A DNA stretch of 64,000 nucleotides from Antedon mediterranea (lineage: Eukaryota > Animalia > Echinodermata): assembly GCF_964355755.1 (NCBI RefSeq), contig NC_092675.1, positions 8,489,812 to 8,553,811 of the forward strand. The letters run 5' to 3'. Shown in pieces: positions 14,201 to 29,200 of this stretch (positions are counted from its first letter, which is position 1; each line of letters opens with the position of its first letter). A program made the position numbers and the translations under genes. The notes under the pieces are model-generated. The model was not told the origin of the DNA. It made no database searches and worked only from the letters and a program-made list of their open reading frames with translations.

Positions 14201-17200
14201 GATTGATTATGTAAGGTTGCTGTATGATTTTGTTGTTGTTTTCTATCATTTCTAAAAATATCCAATATCTGTACTAAAATGAATATATTTTTTCTTACCG
14301 TTGTAGAGTTAATAATAAACACATTGTCAATGTTCCCTTCATTGATTGAGTATTCAACATCTCCATTGCTTCCAAAATCTGGATCATTTGCCATCATCAT
14401 AGCAACCACAACCCCAACAGATGAGGGACCCTCAGCAATAGTGACTGATTGGCTGGCTGGTTCAAATACAGGTGCATTATCATTGTCATCCAAAATAGAT
14501 ATGATTACATAAGTTGAAGCCTAAAAGTCAAACATATATTCCATGTGACATCAATGTAAAATCTTGGAAAAGGTACATCAATGTAACACTTAAATAACGC
14601 AGCATTATTTGCGGATTTGTCTTTTTCAAACATAAAAATATAAGTCTCTAACCTGCATTGGTGGATTGCCAAGATCTGTAGCAGTAACAGTAAGATTATA
14701 CAATGCTTGAACTTCTCGATCCAAGTTGATATAAGTTGTTGTGATGTTACCCGAAACTGCATCTATAGTAAACACACCAGGATTTCCTTCAGTGATATCA
14801 TATCGAATGTCACCATTCCCAACACTATCGGCATCGGATGCTTGCACCTGGACCACAAATTTATTGGCCAAAGAGTTCTATAAAAGAAATTTAAGAATAA
14901 AGAAACGTATGAGAAAGACATTTTAGAAACATTAAAAAATGAACAGGTTTATATAGACGTAAAATATGTTAAATTAGTTGAGACTCAAAAGTCAAGGAAG
15001 AGGGAAGGACAGGTTTATTCAGTCAAGAAGGTTGCCTTCTTATTCAAGCAAATCAAACAAATTATAAGTACACTACACTATATTACATTTATTTACTACA
15101 TACTTTAGAGTATAAATTTCTAATATGTATGGTCTGGTATTGTTGGTCAGTTACACACATACTACAGGTTTAAGGCTGTTAAGAAAACATCAGTGTTGCT
15201 CTTTTTTCATTTAAAATCTAGTGCCTCCACTAGGAGAAACAATGTAAAGCCTATGAAAACTGAGTGGCTGTATACCATATAAAAAACCATATATACCTCA
15301 AGAATGCTAGCAGTAATATATTCCTTGACAGTAAACTCTGGAGCATTATCATTTACATCCTGAACTAAAACTGTTATCAATAAGAAATTTTGCATTGAAG
15401 GAATCCCTCTGTCTGAAGCAGATACCTAAACAAATATTAATAAACATTATTTGTTTTATTTGAATACATTTTTATCACGCTTATCTTGTGCGTCGGTGAA
15501 AACAATATTTAATACTGTACTGCAAATCAAGAAAATCAATTAAAATATACTAAATAAATAAACATTTTAAAAAATGTATAGATATAGTGTTATATTTAAA
15601 ATTCTGATATATAGTACTTACATTCAGTAAAAAGGTTGATTTTGTTTCTCTATCAATTTCAGATGTTGTATTAATTTGAACCCAGTCATTAGTTAAAACT
15701 GATACACTAAAAAAGTCATCTTCATTCCCACTTACAAAATTATACAAAATCTACAAACAAAAGATAATTGTAATAAATTTATGAAGTACTATACTGTATT
15801 ATTGTTTAGTGTTTAGTTTAGTTTTTGATTGTGCATTAATCATCAGTCTACTGCGTAGTAAAAAATGTAAATAAAAAGCTGGCCATTTAAATACAACCAG
15901 TACAACTTTCTCATAGAACTAAATAACCAATAGCATGTGATACAAATTAACCAATCAAATGTCAATCCGTGTTTTAATAATTAATCAGATATAACAAATT
16001 GAAACAAACCTGTGAATTTGGACCAATTTGATCTTTGTCTGTTGCTATGAAGGAAACAACAAGACTACCAATTGGGCCATTCTCCATCACTTCAGCAACG
16101 GTTTGGGAACCAACATCAAACATAGGCTTATTATCATTAACGTCAAGAAGTATTACTTTAAATAAAGCTGAGCCTCTCTCTATACCATCAGATGCAAAGA
16201 TTGTAAATGATATATCTGAACTAGCTTCTCTGTCAAGAAGGGCAATGGTTGTAATTTCACCCTAAAAAGCAATAAAAACACATACGTATTACTTAGGATA
16301 GGAAATAAGTAGGCTTACTTATTTGTATTGGCATTAAAAATGAAAAATTATTAACTTATATCAAACAATAACTAGACATCTCTTGCCCAATTGGGACATA
16401 GGGCCACTCTTGTGGTGATTTACGTAACTGATTTAACTAGTAGAGTTGTTAGACCAATAGGGGCTGAAAACATGACAATTAATTTATAGGAATCCAATGG
16501 AATTGGGGTCGAATTGGGGTCGTCTGAGCCTATTTGTGGGTAATAAATGGTGTTTTTTTTAATGAAACAAACAATAGTGTGTTATAAAGTGTTAACAAAA
16601 TTCATTAGTAAAAATAGTCAAATATGGTACATAGAGTATCAAGTTATAGACATTTTAAACAAGAAATTGTAAATATTGTACCGTAGCAGGGTTTATCTCA
16701 AACAGGTTTCTAGCATCACTATTGGCATCAATGCTATACACAACTGATGTCTGTCCATCCCCATCCACTGCTGTTACCTACAGACATAAAAAGCAAACAA
16801 TTATAACAGTTAAAAGCATTTCAGCAATTATTACTTTTGGTCTAGATAGTTATTTGTATATATAGTATGTTACATTTTTATATGCTGTTAGCATTTAACT
16901 ACTTATTAAAAATGACAAATTAACTTCTAGTAAGTAAATATATGTCTTAGTTGGCTAGTTCCTGTTCCTTAATTAAATTAAAGGGACAGGTAAAATGTAT
17001 AATTAATGAAATACTAGTTAAAAAAACATGCAGTTATATAAAAAAGCGTGGTTCCCACTAGCAACGCAACACACGGACGTAACGCAACGCAAGTGAATTG
17101 ACCAATCACAAGCGATGGCTTATTCGCTTGTGATTGCCAACTGTCTATAACTTCGCTTGTCATTGGTTAAAACGCTTGCGTTGCGTTTACGTCCTTGTGT

Positions 17201-20200
17201 TACGTTCTAGTGGGAACCAAGCTTTAGCAAGCTGGTTCCATTTTGAACTGACTAGGTTGGGTTCAGCTTTTATTGATCACATAATTAAGTGCACTGAAAA
17301 GCTTAAGTAACACCTTCACCTTTTCCACTTAGAGGAAGGAGATTTAAGTGTCTGAATAACTGCAGAAATAGGATACTACACTTGCATACCTGCATAACTA
17401 AATGTCCAATCATGACATTTTCACTAATATAAGCTGTATAAACTGTGTTCTCAAACAGTGGTACTTCATCATTCACATTAACAATCATAATCTCAACTTT
17501 TGCATATCCAACATTGTTGGGTGGTGACTGATCAGTTGCTGCCACTGTCAGTGTATAATTGCGATTGGTTTCATAGTCAAGACTTCTTCTTAATGATAAA
17601 GATCCACTTGTCGGGTTCAGGCCAAACATATCCATTTGGTTGCCTACGTGAAAATACACAACTTTCAACATGAAAAAATAGATATTACTTCAAGACATTG
17701 CAGTCCACTGCAATGACCACAAAGTACTATTGATCATTATACAAATATAAACATAACTTTATTATTAGAACAGCTTTAAGAAATCAAAGGCTTTATATAG
17801 TAACGAATGGTTGCGCAGAAATACACAATCTTTGAAATAGGAATATGCCTAAGAAGTGAAAACACCTTGGCTATTAAGGAATGCAATACAAAAAGAAACA
17901 TTTGCACACCTTCCATTAAATAACATACACTTTCTAGTTAAGTGTTTATAACAATCTGTTATTTAAACTACAAGTTGTTCATGTGTATATTTTGTAATAA
18001 ATTACCATTGACAATGCTGTATGAGACAACACCAGCATCACCACTATCTGAATCTGTTGCAGACACCACTACCACAACATCATTCACTTGAGCATTCTCA
18101 CTTAAATCAGGTCGTTGATAAAGTTCTTGGGTAAACAGTGGCACTTCATCATTCACATCAATGACAGTAATGCGGACAGTTGCTAAAATAAATTAAGACA
18201 TTAAAACCATAAGAAACAATGGAATAAACGACAAAAAAAACATTTCTTGCTTACTTACTGTTATATCTATATATCTCATTGTATATGTGTCAATGAAAGA
18301 CAAATGTTTTTTGTTATACATTTAGGCGAATTACCCAGGATTTCATTCAATATCTTTCTTAAAAAGTGACAATCCTGTTCACAAGACAAACATATAAAAA
18401 GATGCTCTACATAAACAGTCTTCATGTGTGTATATTTTTGTACTTGACGACAATAAAGTATCTACTGATTGGCTGATGCTTTAAAAATATTGCCAGTATC
18501 AGCATGGTAACCCTGACAATTAATTAGGTACAAAAAGGAAGTTTCAGAAAAACAAGGCCAACAGCCATTAAGTCGCGTGCTACAATGCATAGTGATACCG
18601 GACCGACAGACAAACAGACCGACAGACAGACAGACCGACAGACAGACCGACCGACATAGTGAACTATACTGACCGAAATTACTGAACATGTTTAAAAATG
18701 TTGAAATGTTTAAAAACATTTATATTTTTTTAATTTACACGTGCGTAGCCTGTCACTTTTGACGTACTCGTATAACGTAATTTCGAGTTGAAAAGTAAGT
18801 CAAGAAAACAGAAATCGGGTAAAAAGAGTGCGCAATAACATTTAACGCGCAGTGCGCGCGCAAAAATCTGCGCACTCATGGCAATTTTGTAAACGCTTAA
18901 AATTGCCTGAAACGTACTCTTATTTCATCGAAAAAAAAATTTTGAAAATTTTAAGCGCGCGTACGCATGCGTTACATGCGCTACGCACGTAATTGTATTG
19001 CCATATGATGATTTATGCCCTGAAATTTATGAGTACCAAATTTTATTTAATTGTGATTCATGGTTGTTAAGATATGATTACAAACGTGATTTCGTTAAAT
19101 CGTGCGTAGACCGCGTAATTTTTTATTGCGCACCGTGAAAACATAACCACATCGATTCCTGGCCATAAGGAATATTCTGTGAAAAATTGACTTAGCTAGA
19201 TTAAACTGATATCAAGATAAGGTCATAAAGCGATAAAACGCATAGTGATACCGGACCGACAGACAGACAGACAGACCGACAGACAGACCGACAGACAGAC
19301 AGACAGACAGACCGACCGACCGACATAGTGAACTATAGAGTCGCTTCCACGCGACTAAAAATGGATAAATGAGATTTAGATAGAATAGCAACGATTGTAA
19401 AATAAAAGAAGAAATTGCATATAGACAATTTGAGATCCATGTTATTATTTCTAAATAAAAGTTTTGCAGGCTTTGTGTATATTTTCTGATATTTTTGTAC
19501 AAAAATGGCTTTACATTATCAGTGAAATTTTCCATAAAAACTAAAAATCATCAATTTATCATTTATTTACCAGTTGATTGTTGACCATCTGGATTAGCAG
19601 CCAGAACAAGAAGACTATGCAAGCTGACCGATTCAAAATCAAGTGCATTAATTCCCCGCACAATCTCACCAGTTGTACCGTCAATCATAAACATTGCATC
19701 ATCATTTCCATTTATAATACTAAATGCAATAACGGCATTTACACCTTCATCTGCATCACTCGCAGCAACTTGAATAATTGTAGTACCCATTGCAACAGTT
19801 TCTGCTATATTTGTTGTGTAGATATCATTTGTAAAAATAGGTTTGTTGTCATTGAAATCAAGAATTTGAATCATGACAAATGCAGTACTTGTCATCTGAT
19901 CTGCTGTTATCGCACCATCTGTAGCCTGGATACTGAGGTTATAAGTAGAGATTGATTCTCTGTCTAGAGTGGTGGCTAGATACAAGCGACCTGTTGCAGG
20001 GTCAATTCTAAATACATTGCCAATGTTGCCATTCAGAATTGAGTAAGTTATTAAACCGTTATCACCTGGAATAAAATGACAGGTTAACATAATAATGTCA
20101 TATACACTATATTAATTAAAACCGTATCCTCATTTCAGTGTTTATAGTATCATTGATGTATAAATTTGTCTTGTTCACTCGAAGTGTTTATAAACTAACT

Positions 20201-23200
20201 GCATCTTAAGATAGTAACTACTTACATTTGAGATATTCTAAAATCAATTAGATTTCTATTGTTATGTGTTTCTTATTAATACTTGATGTATGTATTATTT
20301 TTTGTTGTTGTATGCAAAATAAATTCATTACTAAATTATACATGTGTAGCATTCCTAAATCTGCGCTGGTAGGAGTTTAATTTATAAGAGATAAAAACGA
20401 GGTATCTTTCAGCGGTTACCTAACGCATTTAATAGGTTGCTTGTTACTTCTTTGGATATTGATTTATTTTATGATAGTTTAAATGTATTTAAGGGTAAAA
20501 TTGTTAAATCTTTTTCATGTTGTTATCTTTGTTTATGTTTGTGTTGTTTATATGAATACATTTTATATTTATTATGTTTAGATTCAACCTGTTAGTGGCG
20601 GTTTCATCGCTGTTGGTTGACAACTGAATAAAATAAAATAAATAGTAAACATACAAACAAAAGTTAACATTATTTATTTACCTTCATCAACATCTGAAGC
20701 AGATACTTCAGTAAGCAATGCTCCTGAAGCAGCATTTTCTCCGACTGACACATTATAAATTTCCGGAGTAAATTGTGGTGCATTATCATTAACATCCATC
20801 ACAATGATTTTGACTGCCACATCTATAGAGTACTTTCCATCATTTACCAATGATTTGAGGGAATACTCAGAGATAGTTTCTCGATCTAATGAGGTTTTTG
20901 TCGTAATTTCTCCAGAGGTAATATTGATTGTAAATTCTGTTGATGTGTTTATGAATAAAAATGACAAACTTGAGGTAGAGTCTATATCTGAAACTTGTAC
21001 CTAAATTAAACAGAAACATTCATTTGCTTTAAAATAACAGGATAATTTCTTTCACGTTTATGCTAAAGCCACTAAACTAAAGTAGAACAATACAAATTGT
21101 CCTTTTTATAGGGATTGGCCGTAGTGTTAAACATTATAAATAGCCCTCATTTGTTACATAGAAACTTTTCCACTAATAAGGGTCCCAAAGGAATGTACAG
21201 AGTACTACTACTGTCACTCCAGTTGTTTATAGGCTTATTTTGATTTTGACAAATTAAGCACATAAAACAATATGTACATTTTTATAAAACATCCTATCAT
21301 ATTTTTTATATGAACAAAATTCTTTCTGATTTTCAATGTTTATTTTTGAATATTTCTTATATATTTTTATCGTTTTCTTGAATGCTTTGTATATAATTAT
21401 GATTGTGACCAAACCAATGAATTAATTAATATATAAAGTAATACATTGCATAGATTATTTACTACATATAATGTCTATTTAATTGCTTTGTTTGAGGTAC
21501 CTAGATAGGCATAAAGACAGAAAGTAAGACATTATCTAATACATAACTTAATCATTACCATTCCAACTGAAGTCCCTATTGGCGAATTTTCATTTACTGT
21601 AAAGATAAATTCAGAAAGGAGCGATACTGGAGGATTGTCATTGACGTCAATAACCATAATTGAAATTTCAGCCAAGTTTGTGGCACTTTGAGACACATCT
21701 CCACCTGAAATACACAAATAAAATACAATTTTTCAGTACAAATCATTTAACAGTATATACAAGTTGGAGCCTTATTAATTAGTTTGCCATATCATCACAT
21801 TTTACAAGTGAGATTCTGTAAACCTTTGAAAATAACCCCAAAAAACTTACTATCTCTAACATGAACAAAGAGTGTGATGAAGCTAGAGTCTTCTCTGTCA
21901 ATTTCTGTCACTGTAAACAATTCGCCTGTGCTATCATTTATGAAAAAGGCTACATGTGGAGGATTTAGTGTGTATACCAGATCACTATTTTTCCCTTCAT
22001 CAAAATCAGTTGCTTGAACCTATAATTAATAGCATGCAAGATTATTGTGATTGGTATAAAAGTGGTTTTAGATAAAAGAGAAAATAATGTAGTAATTCTA
22101 ACAATCATAACACACAAAAACCTGGAAAAACAAAATTGACAAATGACTATACCTGTAACAATAAAGCAGGTGAACTTCCCTCGGTTAAATTAACAGAGTA
22201 AGAGTCCTGGATCCATATGGGGAAATTATCATTTACATCCAATACTGTGATTATAACAGTAGATTCTGTGTGCAGACTAGGCTGATGAAAATCCTCAGCT
22301 CTTATAAATAAAATGTACGATGCCTTTTCTTCACGATTTAGATGCTTGCTAAGTATTAAGTCACCTCCAGATGAACTCAGAGTAAATAATTCTGAAAATA
22401 ATTAAAAATATACTTATTAGGTATAGATTATCAGTCTTATGCACATTTCGAATTTAGAATGAATGAAGTATATCAAATAAGATTCCTCAAGTATATTGGA
22501 AACATTAAATTACAGCATTGATATTTTTAACATTATCTGGTTTTGAGATTTTTTCATCTGTCAGAGATGATAAAAAGATGGAAGAAGGAGGGCTCTCTCG
22601 ATTTCTGGATAGGTAAACGTTACATACTGACTGTCTATGAAGTATAACTTTCATTTTTTCATTGTCTGTTTCTACACTTGTTAAGAAATGTTGATGTATT
22701 TTATGATATTTTTTTTCATGTTGCTTATGATTTGCTTTTGTTAATTTATGAGTATGTTTCTCTTTAAATTTTGAATGAAATGAAATTCACTGAAAAACTG
22801 CAGAAAGGTGAAGTGGAGTGGAGTTGTGGCCTGGTGGTTATGGAGTGGAGTTGTGGCCTGGTGGTTATGGAGTGGAGTTGTGGCCTGGTGGTTATGGAGT
22901 GGAGTTGTGGCCTGGTGGTTATGATGCTTGGCTGCCAATCCAAGGGTCCTGGGTTCAAGTCCTGTCATATGTCAGGATTTTTTCTAATGACAATTTACAA
23001 CTCCACTCCCAAAGACTTGTAATAAAGACTTTGTTTATGTAGAGCATTGTGTGTATATGTTTGTCTTGTGAACAGGATTGCCACCTTTAACCCTTTCACT
23101 GCGGAGCGTTATTCCCACCTCTGTGCGTAATATATATTTAAGAAAAACATATGATATTTTAATTAATTGCAAAAAAATACTAATTGAGATAATTGTGTAA

Positions 23201-26200
23201 TTATTTTTGTGGCGTGTGATGGGCAAAGGGTTAGTCTACAGTTAGGTATTAAAAAAAAAAGTAATTTGCATATTGATGACGTCATGTGACGTCATTACAG
23301 GTATTTTGGATTTCGTTTTTTTTATCAAATCAATGATAAAAACTATATTTTCTATAAGAAATTCTTATGGAATACGTTTTTCCAACTGGATATTGATGAA
23401 GATACGTATAAAAAATAAAAATATAAAAAAAAATTGAATTATTTTTATTGTTTTATAAAAATTATGCACAAATCAAAGTTTTGGGTCAAAATCGTGAAAA
23501 TAATGACATTTTCGAAAAATTCCCTATAGTACAAAAACTAACTATTTTTTCAGAATTTTTTTTTTTTGCGTGTTGTGATAAACACCATGTTGCCCTATTG
23601 GAGCTGGTAAATTTGTGTTACTTTCAAAATGGCCGCCATTACGCTACTCAACACAACTTTCCATAATAGAAATACTATTATATACTATACTATATATAAT
23701 ATAACTATAGAGGGCGCATTATTTTCAAGACGATAATACAACTATAGAGGGCCGTTTTTTTTGCTGGAAAAATTTTTTAATGACTTCCAAAAATATTCAA
23801 GTTCATCGAAAAAATACAGAGGGTGCTATATATTATAGGCAAATACGATTAAATCATTGTTTTGCCCATACCCGGTAATACCGGGTATACGTATTTCAAC
23901 GACGTCTGTTTATACCCGGTAGTACCGGGTATACGCAGTGAAAGGGTTAAGAAGGATAGTGATTGAATTTGCTTATGGTTATCCTTGGCAATTTGCTTAA
24001 ATATATAAAATAAAATAAAATAAAAAAAATAACAACAAAATTTTACCATTCTCATTGCCAGAAATAATTGAATATTTGATTTCAGCATTCAATATTGAAT
24101 CTGCATCTGTAGCTGATACTTTACCAATAGAGGTATCTGGCATCAAATTCTGTATAAAAAGATGTATGAAATTTACATAAATACTGTAGGTCATTGTAAT
24201 AATAACGATAACAAAATTGACAATTATATATCCTATTATCCTTGACATGAGAAATAACTATTGATTATGTTTGGTTGATAAAAAGTGTTATTTTCTAAAA
24301 TATAATTCAAGATGGTCTAAAATTAATGAAATTTAATTGTAAAAAACATTAATTTAATGTTATATAATTAGTAACAAAATTATGATTACTTATTATAAAC
24401 TAATGCTTACATGCTTAACAATTATAAAATATAAATCCGTAAATGTTAAATGTATTACCTCCATGACTTCAAAATTGTACTGTTCTTTGGTGAATACTGG
24501 AGCATTATCATTCACATCTTGAATGAATATTTCAACAATAGCTATTGCCATACCAGTCCTAAAAACACCAATAACAACAGTTCATATTAGTAACAGCAAA
24601 AGAATCAACCGTATTCTCCGTATTGTTGATCATTTTGAACTGTGAAGCTTTTTCACCTTTCTATTTAATGTTCACAAGAACCAATAAATGTATATTTACT
24701 TACGCAGGTGGAAATGGCAATGATATAGCTTTAAATGTACTTTTTATTTACTTACGCAGGTGGAAATGGCAATGATATAGCTTTAAATGTACTTTTTATT
24801 TACTTACGCAGGTGGTACTGGCAATGATATAGCTTTAAATGTACTTTAATTATATTTACTTACGCAGGTGGTACTGGCAATGATATAGCTTTAAATGTAC
24901 TTTAATTATATTTACTTACGCAGGTGGTACTGGCAATGAAATAGCTTTAAATGTACTTTAATTATATTTACTTACGCAGGTGGTACTGGCAATGATATAG
25001 CTTCAGCACGAATTGTTAATGTAAATAAAGCTGTAGTCTCATAATCCAGTCGTCCAGTAGTAGATATATTTCCAACTAATGAATCAATAATAAAAAGCCC
25101 CTATAGAAACAATAACAACAACAATGTAAATTATCTTTTTACACAATGTATGTTGAATTTATACCATGCAATAAAAATTACTATAAATTATCAATGATAT
25201 TATAATAATTACTCCGAAAAAAGTTAGGCAAACCATAATGAATGTTTTTGAATATTTATGAGTACAATGGTACAAATAATTTCATAAGGTGAAATATAAA
25301 AGACTATGCGCATGAACGCTAATATAACAAAATTCAATAGGAACATAACAAAATCGCACTCTTGATATAGAAAGAGTTCAATTGAGTAGATATTGAATAT
25401 CATGTGACCCACATTCCTCAAATCAAATGACAAGAATTTATTCAGATGTTCTATGATAATCATCCATGTTTATTAGTGGACCCTTTGAAAAACTTCAATG
25501 TTATAAATAATAAATTTAAATCAATAATACAAGATTATTTTACATCATCATTTCCGTCAATAATTGAATAAGTTACAGCTGTGTTGTTGATGAGCTGGTC
25601 CCTGTCATTAATGGTGACTATGTAAACTTGTTCTCCTACTGTTGCATTTTCAGGTAAATATGCAGTGATTAAATCTAAGAACAAATATAAAAACAAGTAC
25701 AACTTATAGCTGTTTCTTGGTTTACTAAGTGGTTTTTATATATGTATAAATTCATTACTATAGGAAGTCTAGAAAAACATATGTATGTCAATCCTGTACA
25801 AAAACATTCAGGCTCATCATAGCAGATGACGAAAAGAATGAATAAAATTGTTTGTCATTTCTTTGTACAGTACCACCATTCTGGCATTCTCTTACTCAGA
25901 GACGGTGTGTAGGCCAGAACAAGGAGAAAAATAATATAGATTACTTTTTGAAATTTATAGTAATTTAATGAAGTAATATAGTGGATATTATATCACACAC
26001 ATTTTTAAAATTGATGATCATCCTTTTTGTCATATTTTGCATCTCATACCTCATATAAATATGATAATAACAATTAATGATCAAACTTCAAATGGATATT
26101 TTCTCATTTTAATCTTTATTTGTTCATATTACTTACGATCTTCAAATACAGGGTCATTATCATTGACATCTGTAACTGCAATTGTAACAATAGCAAAAGA

Positions 26201-29200
26201 TGACATCTGATTTAAACCTTGACCTCCATCCATAGCAACAACCTATGAAACAAATTAATCAAATTTAAATATATTTAAATCAATCAAATACATTTTCATT
26301 GATCCATCATAATTCATGGGATAGATTGGCCAATTATATGGCCAATTACATTTGGATACTTATTTCAAACCTTGCAGTTTCCTTGTGTTTATTACCATAG
26401 AAGATCACTGTTTTCGAATGTGCACAGATTTTTTTTTTTTAATCAAAATCAAAAACCCTTATAGATTAAATCATTTTGTTGCTAGGGGCTCCTTTCCATA
26501 TTATATATAACAATCTTAGAACACGCCATGAGTTCGGTATCCCTAGATTTCACGAGGTAATCGTTCAAAATTGTTTATTTATATAATCTGTTAGTGTTTC
26601 TGTGACATCTGTAAATTATATTTTAAATTGAACAATAGAATTTCAATCTTCTAATGTTTTTAGTCTACGTATATTTGATGCGAGTGTTATAACATTGATC
26701 ATAGTGACATTGTTATTTTTTGTATCATTTATAGGTTTTAATGTTTTTTATATATCTATATACTTGGTTGTAATTTTATGGTGTGAAAAACTATTATTGT
26801 TAAACTTCAATATTTTGTTGTTGGATTGCAATAAAGTTATTCGTACTATATTGGTACTGAAGTTAGGAGGAGGATAGAGACTTAATAATCATAAAAAGGG
26901 GCTTTTATCAAGAATTTTATCTCTAATTTTCTATCGTGATAGATTCCGCAATTAAGCGGCTGCTGACATGATGAAGCGTTAGCAAGCCAATCAACCAATA
27001 GAGAGTGGGCGACCCAAGTCATGAGACTGCGGTATACAGCAGAGTTCATTAACTGTGTCATTTGATATAATCAATGTCTCATTTCAGGTTTTCTGGTACA
27101 ATATAACTAATTTTTATCCATTTTTTTTTTTTTTTTTAAATAATTTATTTTATTTTTATTTATGCCATTTCTGTCATTTGCCTTTGGAATTGAATTAGAA
27201 CTTTGTTATGAATGTATTATTTTTACTCACTTCAAAAACAATTGTATGCATTTCACCATCTGCATCAAGGGCTGCTATTGAGGAAATTTTTCCAGACACA
27301 GCATTTACTGTAAAAAAGCTATTTGGTTGTCTCAGTGAATAAAGAATTGATGGTGTTCCGAACAAAGAACCATCGTTATCTGTTGCTGAAACATCCAACA
27401 CTGTCTCTCCATTTGCTAGATTTTCTGGCACAATTGCTTCATAGCTTGGTTGCTCGAATATAGGTGCATTATCATTTATATCCTTTGTAAAAAACAAATA
27501 CAAACATGACATAGTTAATGCTGCCAATGAGAAATAAAAGCTGCCAATGAAGAGGTTTGTATTATTACCTAAAGCTGTTTTGCATTCATTAATTTGTTAA
27601 ATAATAATACATTCCATAAAACATTTCTGAAAGACCATTATATAAATTAAATACTCACAGCAATATAGACATTTATAGTAGAAAAATCTTGTAGACCTGC
27701 TGAATCTTCAGCTACCACTGTCATAACAACTGGATTCATAGTAGTAACCTCAAAGTCTAAGGCATCTATTGTGTAAACATATCCATTGCCATCATTGGTT
27801 GTTGTTATGATGAAGTTGTTGATGGATGTAGTTGTTTCTTTAGTTCCGTTTGAAAAAGTTTGTAAGAAATAGTATCTTACATAATTGTTGGAAACATCTG
27901 GATCATTTGCCTAATAATAAAATGCTTTGAATTAATTTTCCCAATCCAAAAATTAAAAACCTAGCCTTATTAATTAAATCTATCGAGTGAAAACAAAAAT
28001 GAGATTAAAAACAGAATACAAATACAGTGATTGTATAACAACAATGCGCTCGGTAGTGCCCGGTATTAAACTTGAACTGTCTATTTGGCAGTTTTTTATT
28101 ACTAAATAAATTGCATAAAACAAAAAATTTAACATCCAAATAGCATTTAACATGATGTTAGCAACATTTTTTATCATAAAAACCCTACCGGTTGTCCAGG
28201 CTTAGTATTAGTATGACATTCTATATACTGTATCCCAACAGCGTACTGTATATAACTTATCAAACCAAGCCTGCGTACCACCTACATGGCTTGGCACATG
28301 ACCAACAATATTCAAGTTAAGATGGAAGTGGGGAATAAATTTAGAAATAATAACAGTAGGTGTGTTTGATCCATAAAATAAAATAAATATACTTTGCCAA
28401 TGTTTCTGGTTAAAACTATGGGCCTTGGCAGCTAGGGCTACAATTCAGTGATTGCCTACTATTTTGGAGACAATTCCCATAGTTTTAATCACAAACTCTC
28501 AAGACAAAGAGTATTTGTATACGACTTACTCGGACAATTGTAACTTCCTTTCCAACACTATACATTTCATTTTCATTAATGTGAGCCTCATATAATTGCC
28601 TTGTGAATTGTGGAGGATTATCATTGACATCCATCACATTCACTGTTACATTCTTAAATGCGCTCTTGGGTGGAATGCCACCATCTACTGCAGTCACTGT
28701 CAATAAATAGTTTTGTTTCTCTTCGTAGTCGAGTTGCTGTTCCACTGAAATTTCACCAGTTGTTGAATTGATCTCAAATCTGCAAAAGTTTCAAAGTGTT
28801 GGAACTTTTTAAACACAAATCATTCTGATAAATATTGGAACAATATATATTATTATTAGTTTGCTGTATAATCATAATGCTTTTATGAACATTTTGTAAG
28901 TAGTTTATGTCAGCTGCTGCCTTGATGGATTTCTTAGAGAGTTTTTCCAACTTGAGTACCTAAGTCCTCGATTGACACAGAAATGTTTAAGGCGAGAAGA
29001 AATTATGGTGCATACCTGTCTGACCCACTTAATGTGTAAGTGACCTCACCAGGTAACTCCAGATCATTGTCTATAGCATTGACCTTTATTACAAAGTAAC
29101 CAATCTCAGCACTTTCATAGAGATCAGCAAAGTATGTTATGGAGGGATCAAACGTTGGTGTATTATCGTTTTCATTGATTACATTAATCATGATTGATGC

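Noticed and set aside
14279-16265. Plus-strand ORFs overlapping cadherin exons (also 3033-3260, 19578-19955, 20804-21004, 31484-31837)
   Set aside because: Antisense shadows of the real minus-strand exons.
20160-22790. Possible LINE 3' ends with AATAA/AATGA tails in introns (~20340-20640, ~21170-21430, ~22500-22790)
   Set aside because: Too degenerate to recover a convincing ORF2 peptide.
22741-23042. Repetitive ORFs ([18 protein letters not shown] etc.) and a possible tRNA-Gly(GCC) gene
   Set aside because: The ORFs are translations of the 27-bp repeat. The tRNA-like part has an 8-nt loop, no good acceptor stem, and continues into a SINE body.
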